DNA of 58,060 nucleotides, from IMG/VR virus record IMGVR_UViG_3300011444_000012, positions 1-58,060 of that record; one strand, written 5' to 3'. The stretch comes from a virus (taxonomy: Duplodnaviria; Caudoviricetes). A program made the translations under genes and the position numbers. The notes under the pieces were generated by a model. The model made no database searches. It had not been told where the DNA came from and was given only the letters and a program-made list of their open reading frames with translations. This document shows, in pieces, positions 37,101 to 47,213 of this stretch (within the stretch, counting starts at the first letter, position 1; every line of letters begins with the position of its first letter).

Positions 37101-40100
37101 GTAAGCCTGAAAAGCTATTGCGTTATATTCAAAAAGAAGCCACAGGAATAAATGACCAAACAGATAAAATAGGTGATAACAATTACGAAAAACAAGTAAA
37201 ACTTTACGGGGAAGACATAGTAAATAGAGCAATAGAAGCACTACCCGAAGCAGATAAACAAAGATTAGCCGAACATTATAAATCACAAGAAAGCATACCT
37301 GAAAAACTAAAAGAAGCATTAGGTATTAAAGAAGAAGCAAAAGAACCAATAACCGAACAAAAAACAGAAACACCACCACCAGAAGGTAAACCACCTTTAG
37401 AAGAAGGCGGTGGGGAAGGCAAGCCACCGGAGAAGCCGCCTGTTGATGCAACCAAGTTTTCTGAAGAACCAAATAAAGAAACAAGGGTAAGAGGGGCATA
37501 TAGGCATTTGATGGAAAGTAATATTCCTGAAGATATAAAGCAGAAATTCAAAGATAAGGGCATAACGTATGAAATCTCAAAGAACGAAAGCGCACAGAAA
37601 GTAGGTAGAGCCGTAGTAGATTCTTTTGGTACAGAAGAAGCAGTAGCATTGGCAAGACGTGGTGATGTGTTTTCTCCTTCCGTAAATAGTGCAGTATATT
37701 CAGAAGCCATCAACGATCATTATTTAGCAGAAAGAAATGCTACCAACCAAGTAGATAAATTCAAGGCAGCAGCGCAATGGGCTAATCTATTTAATGAGTA
37801 TGCTGAAAAATTAACAGGGGCAGGGCAGTTTGGGCAGTATGCTTACAACTTCTATAAGACAAGCCCATTAGGGTTTATTCTATCAGCAAAAGAAAGATTG
37901 CAAGAACGTAGAAATGTATTCTTAGCAAAAGATGAAAAGAGTTTGAAAGAAGCATTTGAAGCGTTTAAAGATGTGCCTGAATTTCAGGAATTGTTTCAAA
38001 AAGAAGTTGGCGAAGCAGTAAAGAAATCAAAGAACGAAATAAAAGCAGCCAACAAGAAAAAGATAAGTGATGCTTTCGATAAGTTTAAATTAGATAAGAA
38101 CGCTGCTTATGCAACCTTTGTGCCACCGCCAATAATTAATGGTGCTATTGAGGCAATGAAGCAAGCCGTCTTATTGGGATATGAAGTTGCAGATGTTATT
38201 GCCGAAGGTGTAAAATATATAAATGCAAGGCATAAAGAAGGATGGAATGAGCAAAAGTTCAAAGATGATTTTGCACCAAAAATAGAGGGGTTGATTTCTG
38301 AAAACACTAAACAACCAAGCGAAAAAACAAAAGAAAAAATACTTAATAAGTGGGATAAAAAATTAACCAAGCTCGAACCACAAGCAAGAAAAGAATTACT
38401 ATCAAAAGTATTAAATGAGATAGTGCAGAATGGTGGATTGGAATACGATAAGTTTAGGGAGATGTATGCAGATGCTTTGGGCTTACCTGGATTAACCCCT
38501 GAAATGGAAACCAAACTACATGAGTTAGGTGGTAAATTAAATGCAGTAGATGTAGCCAAAGAAAATCTTGAAAAAACACCAACAGAAGAAAATATAACAG
38601 CCTTTAAAAAAGCGATGGCAGAAGGTGAAGTAGCATCAAGAGAAATAAATGATTTGTTAGGGGATAAGGGTATTACGCTTGATAGGTTTTTGAGTATTGC
38701 AAAGCTGAATACGTTAGGTGTCGCGAACCTATTAGTAAATCCGTTCTTTAATATATGGTTCATGCCTGTACGGTTTTTAACAAGTATTACTCATTCAATG
38801 CTTGACTATGGGCTAAAATATTCTGGTTTCCCGAGTAAGGATGGTATTTACGAAAACACAATATTCAAGCAAAGAGGATATGCCAAAGGGCTAGTTAGTG
38901 GTACAGAAAGAGCCATACAAAATATAGTAACAGGGGATAACCAGTTTGATTACTTCCAAAAAGCTACACGCCAAAATATACAGCCAATAGAAAGCGCAAA
39001 AGATTTGATAGCACACCATAAAGGGGAAAAGAAGCTAACAAATGCAGAATATGCAAACGCTTTAATGGAAGCATTCCCCACAATGGGCGGTACGGCTGCA
39101 ATTATATCAAGAGGGTTACAATTAGGTGATTTGCCGTTTAGGTTCGCAGCAGAACGTGGTACAGCAGAAAGTATAGCCAAACAAAAAAAGCTAACCGGGG
39201 CAGCCAAAGAAGCCTTTATATTAAACCCCGATGAAGCAAGCGCAGCTAAGATAAAAGATGCAGGCGAAAAGGCAGTAATGGCGCAAGATAATCTTGTAAC
39301 AGGTATGATAAATAGCGTAGGAAATTATCTTAAACACGCTACTAAAGACAAGCCAGCAGCAAAAATAGGGACAGCATTGGGTAAGATAGCCGGATCAGCA
39401 ACACAACCATTTTTAAAGATACCGCTTAATTCAGCTATGACAGTCTTTGAATTAGCTGTACCTGAATTTTCGATAGCAAAAGGCATATATCATGCAGCCA
39501 TAGAAAAAGACAGAACGAAAGCATTAGAATCATTTTCTAAAGCCGTTGTCGGGATGGCAATAGGTATGGCATTTACACAGATAAGTAAAGTAGGATTAGT
39601 AACAGCAACAGAAGATGATGAAAAGAAAATAAACGCAAGCATTTATCAAGGGGATATTGTAGGCACAAAAACATTGAACTATACCGGACTTAAAAGGTAT
39701 TTACGTGGGGGCGACCCGACATTTAAGGATGGCGATGTAACAGTAGATATGCAATGGTTGGGTGTGCCTGGAAGTATAATGCTTATGCAAGCCCAAAAGT
39801 TTGATAAGATGAAAGCCGAAGATTGGGATAAGCAAGGGTATCTGCCAAACCTAACTGAAAGAATAAGCGGTAGTTTGGGTACAGGTATAAAGAATAACGT
39901 ATTCGGCAATACATCAACACTATTGGGCGCAATGGATGGCAATTCATATAGCACGAATAAATGGTTACGTGGTTCATCAAATGTATTGATGAACGCTTTT
40001 GAACCATCGTGGTTATCAACTGCAAGCAGAATAAGCGATAATTATAAGCCTGATTATTCAGCTATGAATTTAAAAGAGCAAATGGCAGCAACACTAAAAG

Positions 40101-40609
40101 AAAGATTTTGGAAGGGCGATGATTTGCCAAAACAAATAACAGTATGGGGTGAGAAAAGAGCCGATGCGCCAAAAGGAACAAATGAATTTCTTTACTACTA
40201 TGCAGACATAACCAAACACAGAAACGTAGATACAAATGATTTCGGGTACAACATACTTGCCTTGTATAATAAAACAAAAGAAGATGCTGTAATACCATCA
40301 AGACCACAAAAAACCGTAAGACAAAATAACACGTCATACCAATTAACACCAAAGCAATATGAAGAATTTCAGGTAATGGTTGGCAAGAACAGGAAACAAC
40401 TTGCGCAAGCATTAATGAGTACGCATAAATACAACAAAGCAAAAGATGATGAAAAAATAAAGATGCTAAAAGGTGTTTATAGTGATGGGTACGATATAGG
40501 TAAACTGGAATTAGAGTTTAAGTATTTCGATATATTCAAGCAAGAAGGGCTGCTTACTAAAAAAGACACCAAACAGAAATTACAAAGAGAAATAAAAAAC
40601 TCAAAATGA
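34115..40609 (+). CDS. Giant ejection-type polyvalent protein with an ART-PolyVal-like domain
   Basis: 2164 aa; PLKVYHGS..FNDF..GFHFG..AFLDIKNPL..GYDGIQY..P.QI at about 36425-36880. Confidence 0.7.
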   Translation: MPNDSLKKVYDAVSTKFDLGTYDEFAQKIKDPIRRKKLFDAVSNDFDLGDYNTFNQKLGFDSQEVKQQQKQDFAGAINTYNTQHAGQQPDPSALGYDVGMSPKGFSSETLAKNKKAEEEKLNKAAENTFAKTMGQGAYTKGDSAKLVNNLKAGVKAGDLIIKKDAQGNDVIKNSGNFLQSFKASADLAYATGLENNYLRSVSKDEAISYLNRVAEKPETGIVKEPIYEPSGVSQMAGQNADFLGKATMGAMALGQTGLTGGGSIGSFLAIVDDLDKSGYSQQLKINYYQLKQEGLSDSEAFDKATHAALVGEAVSLGTGALLSGEIKMLSKPTVSTEGFTKSLEHTFKSAPKVLGATAAGSVVNDIETNAIANGNPIDAKEMAANAGEHAKEMAVMHFALGGMTAIANGQKSIVPSYARPQMENIVASADRNQVTAYLSSKEQNGEIPQGTTAKVLGTLSKFDQQKAVVAPFRISEESKAAIAGKLVQKQKLLDEKASLKPNENAFPERINEIDKEINGIDGEINKLYNAKNPFEKETDTNTGDKSYQPKTFEELKPQEKNGIIVPKEYGDVEIVERGEGENKTYTAKAYSIDQQGSLSIKKNIHDEAGFTDKDKAQAAADNALKQHYYENGLHDNAKPDKKIVGKPEDISKPIDLSTDVPLDAEVKIMANKIARGEQENTPEAKQFYENNKNAIENELRTIAEKEKQAKTEKLTEETVPGTTAVDEPTGKPANEGSKTKEDVVEPIQSQQEGVARLKNDDRQYVKSIFPETKILNKNNEPLKVYHGSRSEEDFNDFERGDIGFHFGDKRQAEQKGDKIIEAFLDIKNPLKLNDKGAFEGQELVDELYKVKVLSKDEYNFFTKEMNELPNDEIYGYDTEINKQLRQKIKDKGYDGIQYQNMYETGRNNNPTMIALYPHQILMADGRNLGTILKSKSEGELNNEKENQINNEIEETPKQEVESVSNQNDNLQSTKNSLIEDISKIPLEGVSKTAYEGKPEKLLRYIQKEATGINDQTDKIGDNNYEKQVKLYGEDIVNRAIEALPEADKQRLAEHYKSQESIPEKLKEALGIKEEAKEPITEQKTETPPPEGKPPLEEGGGEGKPPEKPPVDATKFSEEPNKETRVRGAYRHLMESNIPEDIKQKFKDKGITYEISKNESAQKVGRAVVDSFGTEEAVALARRGDVFSPSVNSAVYSEAINDHYLAERNATNQVDKFKAAAQWANLFNEYAEKLTGAGQFGQYAYNFYKTSPLGFILSAKERLQERRNVFLAKDEKSLKEAFEAFKDVPEFQELFQKEVGEAVKKSKNEIKAANKKKISDAFDKFKLDKNAAYATFVPPPIINGAIEAMKQAVLLGYEVADVIAEGVKYINARHKEGWNEQKFKDDFAPKIEGLISENTKQPSEKTKEKILNKWDKKLTKLEPQARKELLSKVLNEIVQNGGLEYDKFREMYADALGLPGLTPEMETKLHELGGKLNAVDVAKENLEKTPTEENITAFKKAMAEGEVASREINDLLGDKGITLDRFLSIAKLNTLGVANLLVNPFFNIWFMPVRFLTSITHSMLDYGLKYSGFPSKDGIYENTIFKQRGYAKGLVSGTERAIQNIVTGDNQFDYFQKATRQNIQPIESAKDLIAHHKGEKKLTNAEYANALMEAFPTMGGTAAIISRGLQLGDLPFRFAAERGTAESIAKQKKLTGAAKEAFILNPDEASAAKIKDAGEKAVMAQDNLVTGMINSVGNYLKHATKDKPAAKIGTALGKIAGSATQPFLKIPLNSAMTVFELAVPEFSIAKGIYHAAIEKDRTKALESFSKAVVGMAIGMAFTQISKVGLVTATEDDEKKINASIYQGDIVGTKTLNYTGLKRYLRGGDPTFKDGDVTVDMQWLGVPGSIMLMQAQKFDKMKAEDWDKQGYLPNLTERISGSLGTGIKNNVFGNTSTLLGAMDGNSYSTNKWLRGSSNVLMNAFEPSWLSTASRISDNYKPDYSAMNLKEQMAATLKERFWKGDDLPKQITVWGEKRADAPKGTNEFLYYYADITKHRNVDTNDFGYNILALYNKTKEDAVIPSRPQKTVRQNNTSYQLTPKQYEEFQVMVGKNRKQLAQALMSTHKYNKAKDDEKIKMLKGVYSDGYDIGKLELEFKYFDIFKQEGLLTKKDTKQKLQREIKNSK

Positions 40610-40950
40610 GTGAAGACAGAGTAAAACAACTTGAAGCCAAAGTAGCTGAATACGAAAAGCGTATGGGGATAAATCAGAATGATCCTGCAAAGGATGGTTA
40701 TTTGGTATTGGTAGGGATGTTGCGCCAACAGAATGAATACTTAGGTGAATTTAGAATAAAATCTAAGATAGCATCAGATGATAAAGGAGACCAGATAGCC
40801 TACAAAAACGCAAAAGACTTGTGGGAGAACTTACCAAAGATGATTGAGAATGTAAGCAATTTGAAGATTGCTTTGAAAATGGAAGGCGAAGAAAAGAAAA
40901 GTATTTATAAACCAATTTCATCAAAAGAAATAGCTAACGGTAGTGTTTAA
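40606..40950 (+). CDS. Possible terminase small subunit
   Basis: Small helical ORF overlapping the large-terminase start; positional call only. Confidence 0.35.
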   Translation: MSEDRVKQLEAKVAEYEKRMGINQNDPAKDGYLVLVGMLRQQNEYLGEFRIKSKIASDDKGDQIAYKNAKDLWENLPKMIENVSNLKIALKMEGEEKKSIYKPISSKEIANGSV

Positions 40951-43072
40951 AGATTTAGGTAATGGATATATTGATGTGCCGGATAATGCCTTTGGGTTTA
41001 TCTACAAATGCTATTTGCCGCCTGTTGGGTTTGGGTTAAATGCTGCTAATGGTGTATTGCAGGAAACAGATATATTGCTTTCATCTGAAATTCCTACCGA
41101 ACAATTATGGGAACGACCATCATTGCCAAGTGATTTTAAATCAAGAAGGAAAAAAGAGAAAGACGTACAGGCTATAGACCCTTATTATGTTGACCCATAT
41201 TTGGAAGAAATTAGAAAACGTGAATGGAGAAGAAGGCTATGCGGTGTATGGTTTTGGAATTATAATCCTATCAAGCAACATAGCGAATTAATCTACATAA
41301 CAGGGCTTAACTACTTATATATAACATACTGGAAGTTTCAGGGTAAGTTTTTGGACTTTCGTATGGCAGATAGAGACTTCTTTTATTTCGTAGCCTACTG
41401 CATGGAAGATGATAAATGTTTAGGCGTAAATGAAATAACGAAGCGTAAGAACGGGAAGACGGCAAGGGCAGGTTGTTGGAGTTACGAAAGAGTATCAAGG
41501 ATGAATAACCATCATGCAGGATTACAATCTAAAAGTGATGATGATGCAGAAGAAGCTTTTTTTAAGGCAATCATAAACCCCTGGTCAAAATTACCTGATT
41601 TCTTTCGCCCAAGATATGATTTAATGAAAGGCGAAGAACCAAATGAATTAAGATTCTTTGCCACAGCGAGAAGGGGTAGCAAAGTAGAGGAAGATGATAG
41701 TAGTATTGAAGAACCATTAGAAAGTTTTTTTGATTTTAAGCCTTCAACAGAAGCGGCTTTTGACGGCCCAGAATTGCATTCTTACGTTTCAGATGAAGCG
41801 GGCAAAACCAAAAAACCTGTTTCAATTAAAGAACGTCAAAATGTAACAAGGTATTGTACTGAAATAGATTTCGAATTAAAGGGGAAGCATTATTATACCA
41901 CAACGGTAGAGCCGGAAAAAAACGAAGAAGAAAATTACGAGTTTCAAGAACTTACGGCAAACAGCAACCCACTTGAAAGAGATGAAAACGGGTTTACTGG
42001 AACAGGTCTTTATACTATATTCTTACCTGCACAAAAGGGGATGTATATTAATAAGGATTACGCCAAGTATGGCTTTGCGGATGAAGGCATGAATCTGCAT
42101 ACTATTAATAATAAAATAGCTGCACTAAAAGAAAAGAACGATACAAGAGGCATAAGTTCATTCAAAAGAAAAAACCCTACAACTTTAAAAGAAGCATTTT
42201 CGGCAGACGGCGAGTATTCCCTATACAATCCAGAGCTATTGAATAATCAATTAGATGCAATACAATGGACTACCAAGTTTACTGAATTTGGGAATTTAGA
42301 ATGGGAGAAAGGGGATAGAATGTTTATTGAAGAAACAGCATCGGATGGCACAATAACTATAAAGCCAAACAAATTAAGATGGGTAGCAAGCGCAACGGGG
42401 AAGATAGAAAAGGTGATTAATTGGATGCCAAGAGAAGCCAATAAGGTTTATTACCACGCAGGCGGCTTTCACCCAAATAATAATATGTCTTTAAGGATGG
42501 GATGCGATCCATTCAAATACGATAAAACAAAAGATAAAAGGCGGTCTAATTGCGCAGGGTATGTGTATCAATTACCAGATGATATTTATCCCGATCCTAT
42601 CTATGATGATGCCTTTGTTTTAAGGTATGCATATAGAGAAGAAAGCACAAGGGCAGCTAATGAAGATATTTTAAAAATAGCATGGTGGTGTGGTTGCCAA
42701 GTGTTGTTTGAAAGGAACGTAAATCATTGGAAGAATGATTTCATAGATTGGAATTGTGCTGCATTTTTAATGTGGTTACCAAATGAAGTAGAACCTGGAA
42801 TCATAACATCAACCGGAAGTAATGGAGTGCAGTCTATATGCAACTATACAGAAGCATACATAAATGAATTTGTGCATAAGGTTTACTTCAAAACATTACT
42901 AAGAAAAGAAACGGGATGGCTAGGATTTAAAGTAGAAGATACAGAAAAGTTTGATGAACCAATGGCGGCAGGCATAACACTAATCAATGTACGTGGCGTA
43001 AAAAGAATGCCAAAGACACCAATAAGAGATATTAAAGATTATTTCCCTAATTCAAAAGCATGGGCAGTATGA
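40943..43072 (+). CDS. Terminase large subunit
   Basis: ITG.NY.Y, KRKNGKT Walker A, VSDEAGK Walker B, GCDPF nuclease, ERN. Confidence 0.9.
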   Translation: MFKDLGNGYIDVPDNAFGFIYKCYLPPVGFGLNAANGVLQETDILLSSEIPTEQLWERPSLPSDFKSRRKKEKDVQAIDPYYVDPYLEEIRKREWRRRLCGVWFWNYNPIKQHSELIYITGLNYLYITYWKFQGKFLDFRMADRDFFYFVAYCMEDDKCLGVNEITKRKNGKTARAGCWSYERVSRMNNHHAGLQSKSDDDAEEAFFKAIINPWSKLPDFFRPRYDLMKGEEPNELRFFATARRGSKVEEDDSSIEEPLESFFDFKPSTEAAFDGPELHSYVSDEAGKTKKPVSIKERQNVTRYCTEIDFELKGKHYYTTTVEPEKNEEENYEFQELTANSNPLERDENGFTGTGLYTIFLPAQKGMYINKDYAKYGFADEGMNLHTINNKIAALKEKNDTRGISSFKRKNPTTLKEAFSADGEYSLYNPELLNNQLDAIQWTTKFTEFGNLEWEKGDRMFIEETASDGTITIKPNKLRWVASATGKIEKVINWMPREANKVYYHAGGFHPNNNMSLRMGCDPFKYDKTKDKRRSNCAGYVYQLPDDIYPDPIYDDAFVLRYAYREESTRAANEDILKIAWWCGCQVLFERNVNHWKNDFIDWNCAAFLMWLPNEVEPGIITSTGSNGVQSICNYTEAYINEFVHKVYFKTLLRKETGWLGFKVEDTEKFDEPMAAGITLINVRGVKRMPKTPIRDIKDYFPNSKAWAV

Positions 43073-43638
43073 CAGATAAGGTATATATAATTCATAATTC
43101 AGATAGAATAGATAGGTATAGAGTATTAATGAATGAACTAAGAGAACAAGGAATAGATAATTATGAATTAATGCCAGCATTACATGATGATAATTTTGCT
43201 TATATTGGTATTAGTAAGGCGCATAAAAATGTAATCCAACACGCAAAGAATGAAGGATTAGAAAGTATCATAGTAGCCGAAGATGATCTAAAGTTTTTCG
43301 GTAAGGGGGCTTTTGATTATTGGATGAAAAGAACACCAAAAGAATACGACTTGTGGCTTGGGGGTGTTTACTTGGGGGTTATAGAAGATGGCATAACAAG
43401 CCGATTTACGGGTATGTCATTATACCGATGCCATTCATTGTTTTATGATACGTTTTTAGAAGCAGAAAAATACGAGCAAATAGATATAGCATTAGCACAT
43501 AAAGGGCTTTATAAAGTATGTGAACCAATGGTAGTAAGACAGCATAACGGGTATAGCGATAATGAAAAGAGGCACATGAATTATGACTTTATGTTTAGTG
43601 AACGAAGCATTTACAAAGAAAGCGTAGAATATTATTAA
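43069..43638 (+). CDS. Glycosyltransferase family 25-like (start revised to 43069)
   Basis: YIIH...R.DR, G..KAH, IVAEDD, YD..LGG, ID..L, Q..GYSD. Confidence 0.8.
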   Translation: MTDKVYIIHNSDRIDRYRVLMNELREQGIDNYELMPALHDDNFAYIGISKAHKNVIQHAKNEGLESIIVAEDDLKFFGKGAFDYWMKRTPKEYDLWLGGVYLGVIEDGITSRFTGMSLYRCHSLFYDTFLEAEKYEQIDIALAHKGLYKVCEPMVVRQHNGYSDNEKRHMNYDFMFSERSIYKESVEYY

Positions 43639-43671
43639 CTTTACTAACACAAACCAAACTAACAAAAGGTA

Positions 43672-45945
43672 ATGGAAACCAATTATCCTTATCCAGACGA
43701 TAATATAGACCCCCGCAAAAAGACTTTTGATTGGATTATCCAATACATGAAGGCGGCATGGGCAGATAGCCGTAATTACATGCCCAGTGTCATGCAGTTT
43801 ACAAGCAACATAAACCAGATGGCAGAGCGTAAACAGTACGCAATGGGTAAGCAATCCATTACTAAGTATAAACTTGTTCAGGCAGGGGATGAAATAGAAG
43901 ATAATACCGATCTTAATACCGATGGTAGTGTACTTGCTATCATTCCTAAGTTCAGAGAAATAGCTGTATCAAAAGTAATGCAGCGTGAATATTATGTAGA
44001 AGCATTTACGGTTGATCCATTAGCAAAGAGTGAAGAAGATGCATACTTTAATCAGCAGAAAGCTAAGATTATTATGCGTCAAATGGCGCAGGAAGCGGGT
44101 TCTGAATTAGCCAATACGCCCGCACTTAGGCAGCAAAATAAAGAGCCGGAAGATTTAGAGCAACTTCAGATACAAATGGATTTCGGGTATAAGCACGTAA
44201 TGGCAATGCAGGCAGAAGAAGGGGTTCAATTAATATTTGAGCAAAATCAAATGCCGCAAGAAAGAAAGGAAACTATCGAATGTTTATATGATTGGGGTAT
44301 CGGCGGGTATAAAGCATGGATTGACGAAAATGGTATGGTTAAATTCAGGGCGGTAAGCGGGGAGTATGTAATAACTTCTTATTGCCAAAAAAGCGATTAT
44401 TCAGATGCAGTACATATAGGGGAAGTAATCTTTGTTTCAGTAGCAGATTTAGCCCCATATTTTAGCGATGGGCAAAGGGAGCAAATAGCAAGGAATGTGG
44501 CAGGCAGATATGGCAACCCTAACGTGTTTGATATGAAGATTAATCGTTGGTGGGATAGGTTTCAGACAGCCGTTTTAGACCTGCAATTCTTCTCTTACAA
44601 TACGATGGTGTATGAAGAAACAATAGATGGTAGAGGTAATCAAAGATTTGGCAGAACAGAATACAATAACATACAATACATAAGTAGAGATGAAGACATG
44701 AAGGGTGGTGAAGCCTTCCCAAAATACATGAGTACAATGCGTAAAGTAGTGTATAAAGGTAAATGGCTTATCGGTACTGAATTTATGTATGATTATGGAT
44801 TGAAAGAGAATCAAAACAGAAAACTATCTTCATGGTGGGATACTCAATTAGATTATGTATTAGGGTCATGGAGTTTTTATAAGATGCAGTTTTCGGGTAT
44901 AATGGAAAGATTGATACCGCTTGCAGACGCATATCAATTAACATGGAGAAGGTTACAGACATTTAAGAACAAGCTGATACCTTACATGATTGAACTTGAC
45001 CTTACAGCATTGGAAAAGGTAGGGCTAGGGAAAGGCGGTAAGGATATGACACCTCAAAAGATTTTGGATTTCGCTTTTAAGAACTTCGTATTATTGAAAC
45101 GTACTACTTCTGAATTTGGCAACAATCCTAACTACAAAGCAATAGATATTCAACCAACCGGAGAACTATACGCCTTCACTCAATTATATGCAGACCTAGA
45201 TAGGTTGTATTTAATGATACAGCAGATAAGCGGATTGAATGAATTAACCGATGGCAGCACACCTAATGCAAAAACACTTGTACCAGTAGCCAATGCAGCA
45301 GTACAAAGCACCAACAATGCATTATATCTAATAACTGAATGTGAAAAGAGATTAATAGAAAGGCTATCAGATATTATAGTACAGAAAATACAGATAGCAG
45401 TTAAGATAGGTAAGGTAGAAGGGTATGCAAAAGCATTAGGCAGTAGCACCGTTAAATTCTTACAGATAAATCCTGATATAGCATTATGTGAATTAGGTAT
45501 TTTCATAAGAGATATGCCAACAGAAGAACAACGTATGATGTTATTGCAGGAATTGAATATAAAGGACAGCAATGGGCTAATAAATCCGGCAGATAAAATC
45601 ATTGTGCAGTCTATGGTCAACTTGAAGCAAGCAACAATGTATTTAGCCTATGCAGTTAAAAAGAGACAAGAACAACAGCAAGCGCAACAGATAGCGTTAG
45701 TGCAACAACAGGCACAAGCCAATCAAGAGGCAATGATGGCGGCAGAGCAAGCCAAGCAATCAACCATGATTTTACAACATAAGTTCGTAATGGAAGAAAT
45801 TGCAGCAAAAGGGCAATGGGAATATGTAACGCAAATGGGCAAAAAAGAAGGTGATCTGGAATCGGCAAAAACGCAGAGTTCGGCAAAGATAATTTCTGCA
45901 CAGATAGCAGCGCAAGCAAAACAGGTTGCAACGGCAATAGGGTAA
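43672..45945 (+). CDS. Portal protein
   Basis: 757 aa; YAMGKQSITKYK, IIPKF, A.TVDP, SGLNE.TDGSTP; Q-rich C-terminus; position after terminase. Confidence 0.85.
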   Translation: METNYPYPDDNIDPRKKTFDWIIQYMKAAWADSRNYMPSVMQFTSNINQMAERKQYAMGKQSITKYKLVQAGDEIEDNTDLNTDGSVLAIIPKFREIAVSKVMQREYYVEAFTVDPLAKSEEDAYFNQQKAKIIMRQMAQEAGSELANTPALRQQNKEPEDLEQLQIQMDFGYKHVMAMQAEEGVQLIFEQNQMPQERKETIECLYDWGIGGYKAWIDENGMVKFRAVSGEYVITSYCQKSDYSDAVHIGEVIFVSVADLAPYFSDGQREQIARNVAGRYGNPNVFDMKINRWWDRFQTAVLDLQFFSYNTMVYEETIDGRGNQRFGRTEYNNIQYISRDEDMKGGEAFPKYMSTMRKVVYKGKWLIGTEFMYDYGLKENQNRKLSSWWDTQLDYVLGSWSFYKMQFSGIMERLIPLADAYQLTWRRLQTFKNKLIPYMIELDLTALEKVGLGKGGKDMTPQKILDFAFKNFVLLKRTTSEFGNNPNYKAIDIQPTGELYAFTQLYADLDRLYLMIQQISGLNELTDGSTPNAKTLVPVANAAVQSTNNALYLITECEKRLIERLSDIIVQKIQIAVKIGKVEGYAKALGSSTVKFLQINPDIALCELGIFIRDMPTEEQRMMLLQELNIKDSNGLINPADKIIVQSMVNLKQATMYLAYAVKKRQEQQQAQQIALVQQQAQANQEAMMAAEQAKQSTMILQHKFVMEEIAAKGQWEYVTQMGKKEGDLESAKTQSSAKIISAQIAAQAKQVATAIG

Positions 45946-45992
45946 GAATATTACATATTGCCTCAAAAATATTTGGTAAAAGGAAAATTCGC

Positions 45993-46021
45993 TATATTTA
46001 CATTCGTAAACCAATTCTAAC
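45993..46021 (+). promoter_or_regulatory. Putative late promoter/leader motif TATATTTACATTCGTAAACCAATTCTAAC
   Basis: Copy of the 24290-24317 motif; TTTG at 45972-45975. Confidence 0.65.
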
Positions 46022-46026
46022 AGCAG

Positions 46027-47166
46027 ATGTCCGATTTGAAAATTAACGGTTCTGGAACATTATCAGATGCATTAGCGAGAGATGCAGTAGCAATTCAAGA
46101 AACACTTGCTCCACAAACAGAAGTTCCAGTAGAGACAGCAACAGAAAATACCACAGATATTTCAGTTAATCAAAACGGTGAATTGCAACAAACAGATGCA
46201 ACCATTACTGAAGCTGTTGCAGAAACTAAAGAGCCGGAAGAACAAATTTTCGATTTCGATTCACCGCTATTTAAAGATTCTGAAAAGACAGAGCCGGATG
46301 CCGCCACACAAACACCTTCCGCAATAACATGGCAGGATGCACTTAAAACAGTTGACAGAAAAGAATTGCTCAAATATTTAGATATTGATGATTTCGCTAT
46401 CGAAATGAACGAGCATATCAAAAAAGGCGGCGCACCAGTAGATTATCTAAACGCAAAAGCAGTAGATTGGAACAGCGTACCAGATACAGATTTAATTATA
46501 GGGGAAATGAAAAAAGAGTTCCCCGATGCAACACCAACACAGTTACAAAGGTTATTCAATAAGAAATATAGCCAAACAGATTTATCGGATGATGATGATA
46601 AAGATGATGGCTTGCTTTTAATGAAAAGCGATGCAAGGAAATTACGTGCAACAAAGGTGAGTGAACAGAGTAATTTCAAGATTGCCGAACCAAAACAAGT
46701 TCAGCAAGCAGCGCAACCGGAAATTTCAAAAGAACAATTAGAAAAAAGGGAAAGATTTAATAAGATATTTCAAGAACATGAGGCGACAAAACACCTAATT
46801 AACAATAAGAGAGTTACGGTTAATTTAGGGGAAGGGTTAAAACCTTTCAGTTATAATGTTGACCCACAGGAAGTATTCAATATTATGTACGACCCCGAAC
46901 ACAACGCAAAATACGGTTTGACGAAGACGGGAGAGCCAGATGTTCAACAAACCTTAGAAGCAGTTCTATTTCGCATGAATCCGGCTAAGTTCAAACAGGA
47001 CTTAATCAATTATGGGAAAAGCTTGGGCGAAAAAAAAGTAGTTGAAGAAGGGCAGAATATCCAAAAGCCTGGACAGCAAACACGCCCACTTACTACCACA
47101 ACCGATTTAAAGACTTTGTTCCAAACAAATGCAAAGACAGGGACATTGGCGGGCAAATTAGGTTAG
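46027..47166 (+). CDS. Putative capsid scaffolding protein
   Basis: Acidic disordered N-terminus; lies between portal and capsid. Confidence 0.7.
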   Translation: MSDLKINGSGTLSDALARDAVAIQETLAPQTEVPVETATENTTDISVNQNGELQQTDATITEAVAETKEPEEQIFDFDSPLFKDSEKTEPDAATQTPSAITWQDALKTVDRKELLKYLDIDDFAIEMNEHIKKGGAPVDYLNAKAVDWNSVPDTDLIIGEMKKEFPDATPTQLQRLFNKKYSQTDLSDDDDKDDGLLLMKSDARKLRATKVSEQSNFKIAEPKQVQQAAQPEISKEQLEKRERFNKIFQEHEATKHLINNKRVTVNLGEGLKPFSYNVDPQEVFNIMYDPEHNAKYGLTKTGEPDVQQTLEAVLFRMNPAKFKQDLINYGKSLGEKKVVEEGQNIQKPGQQTRPLTTTTDLKTLFQTNAKTGTLAGKLG

Positions 47167-47213
47167 GGTATTTTTTAAGGTACAATTTTATTTATTTTTT
47201 AAACCAACTAACA

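Noticed and set aside
34115-40609. Virion RNA polymerase, as in crAss-like phages
   Set aside because: No convincing DxDxD catalytic motif (DFDLGD belongs to the N-terminal repeat); host-type promoters are present
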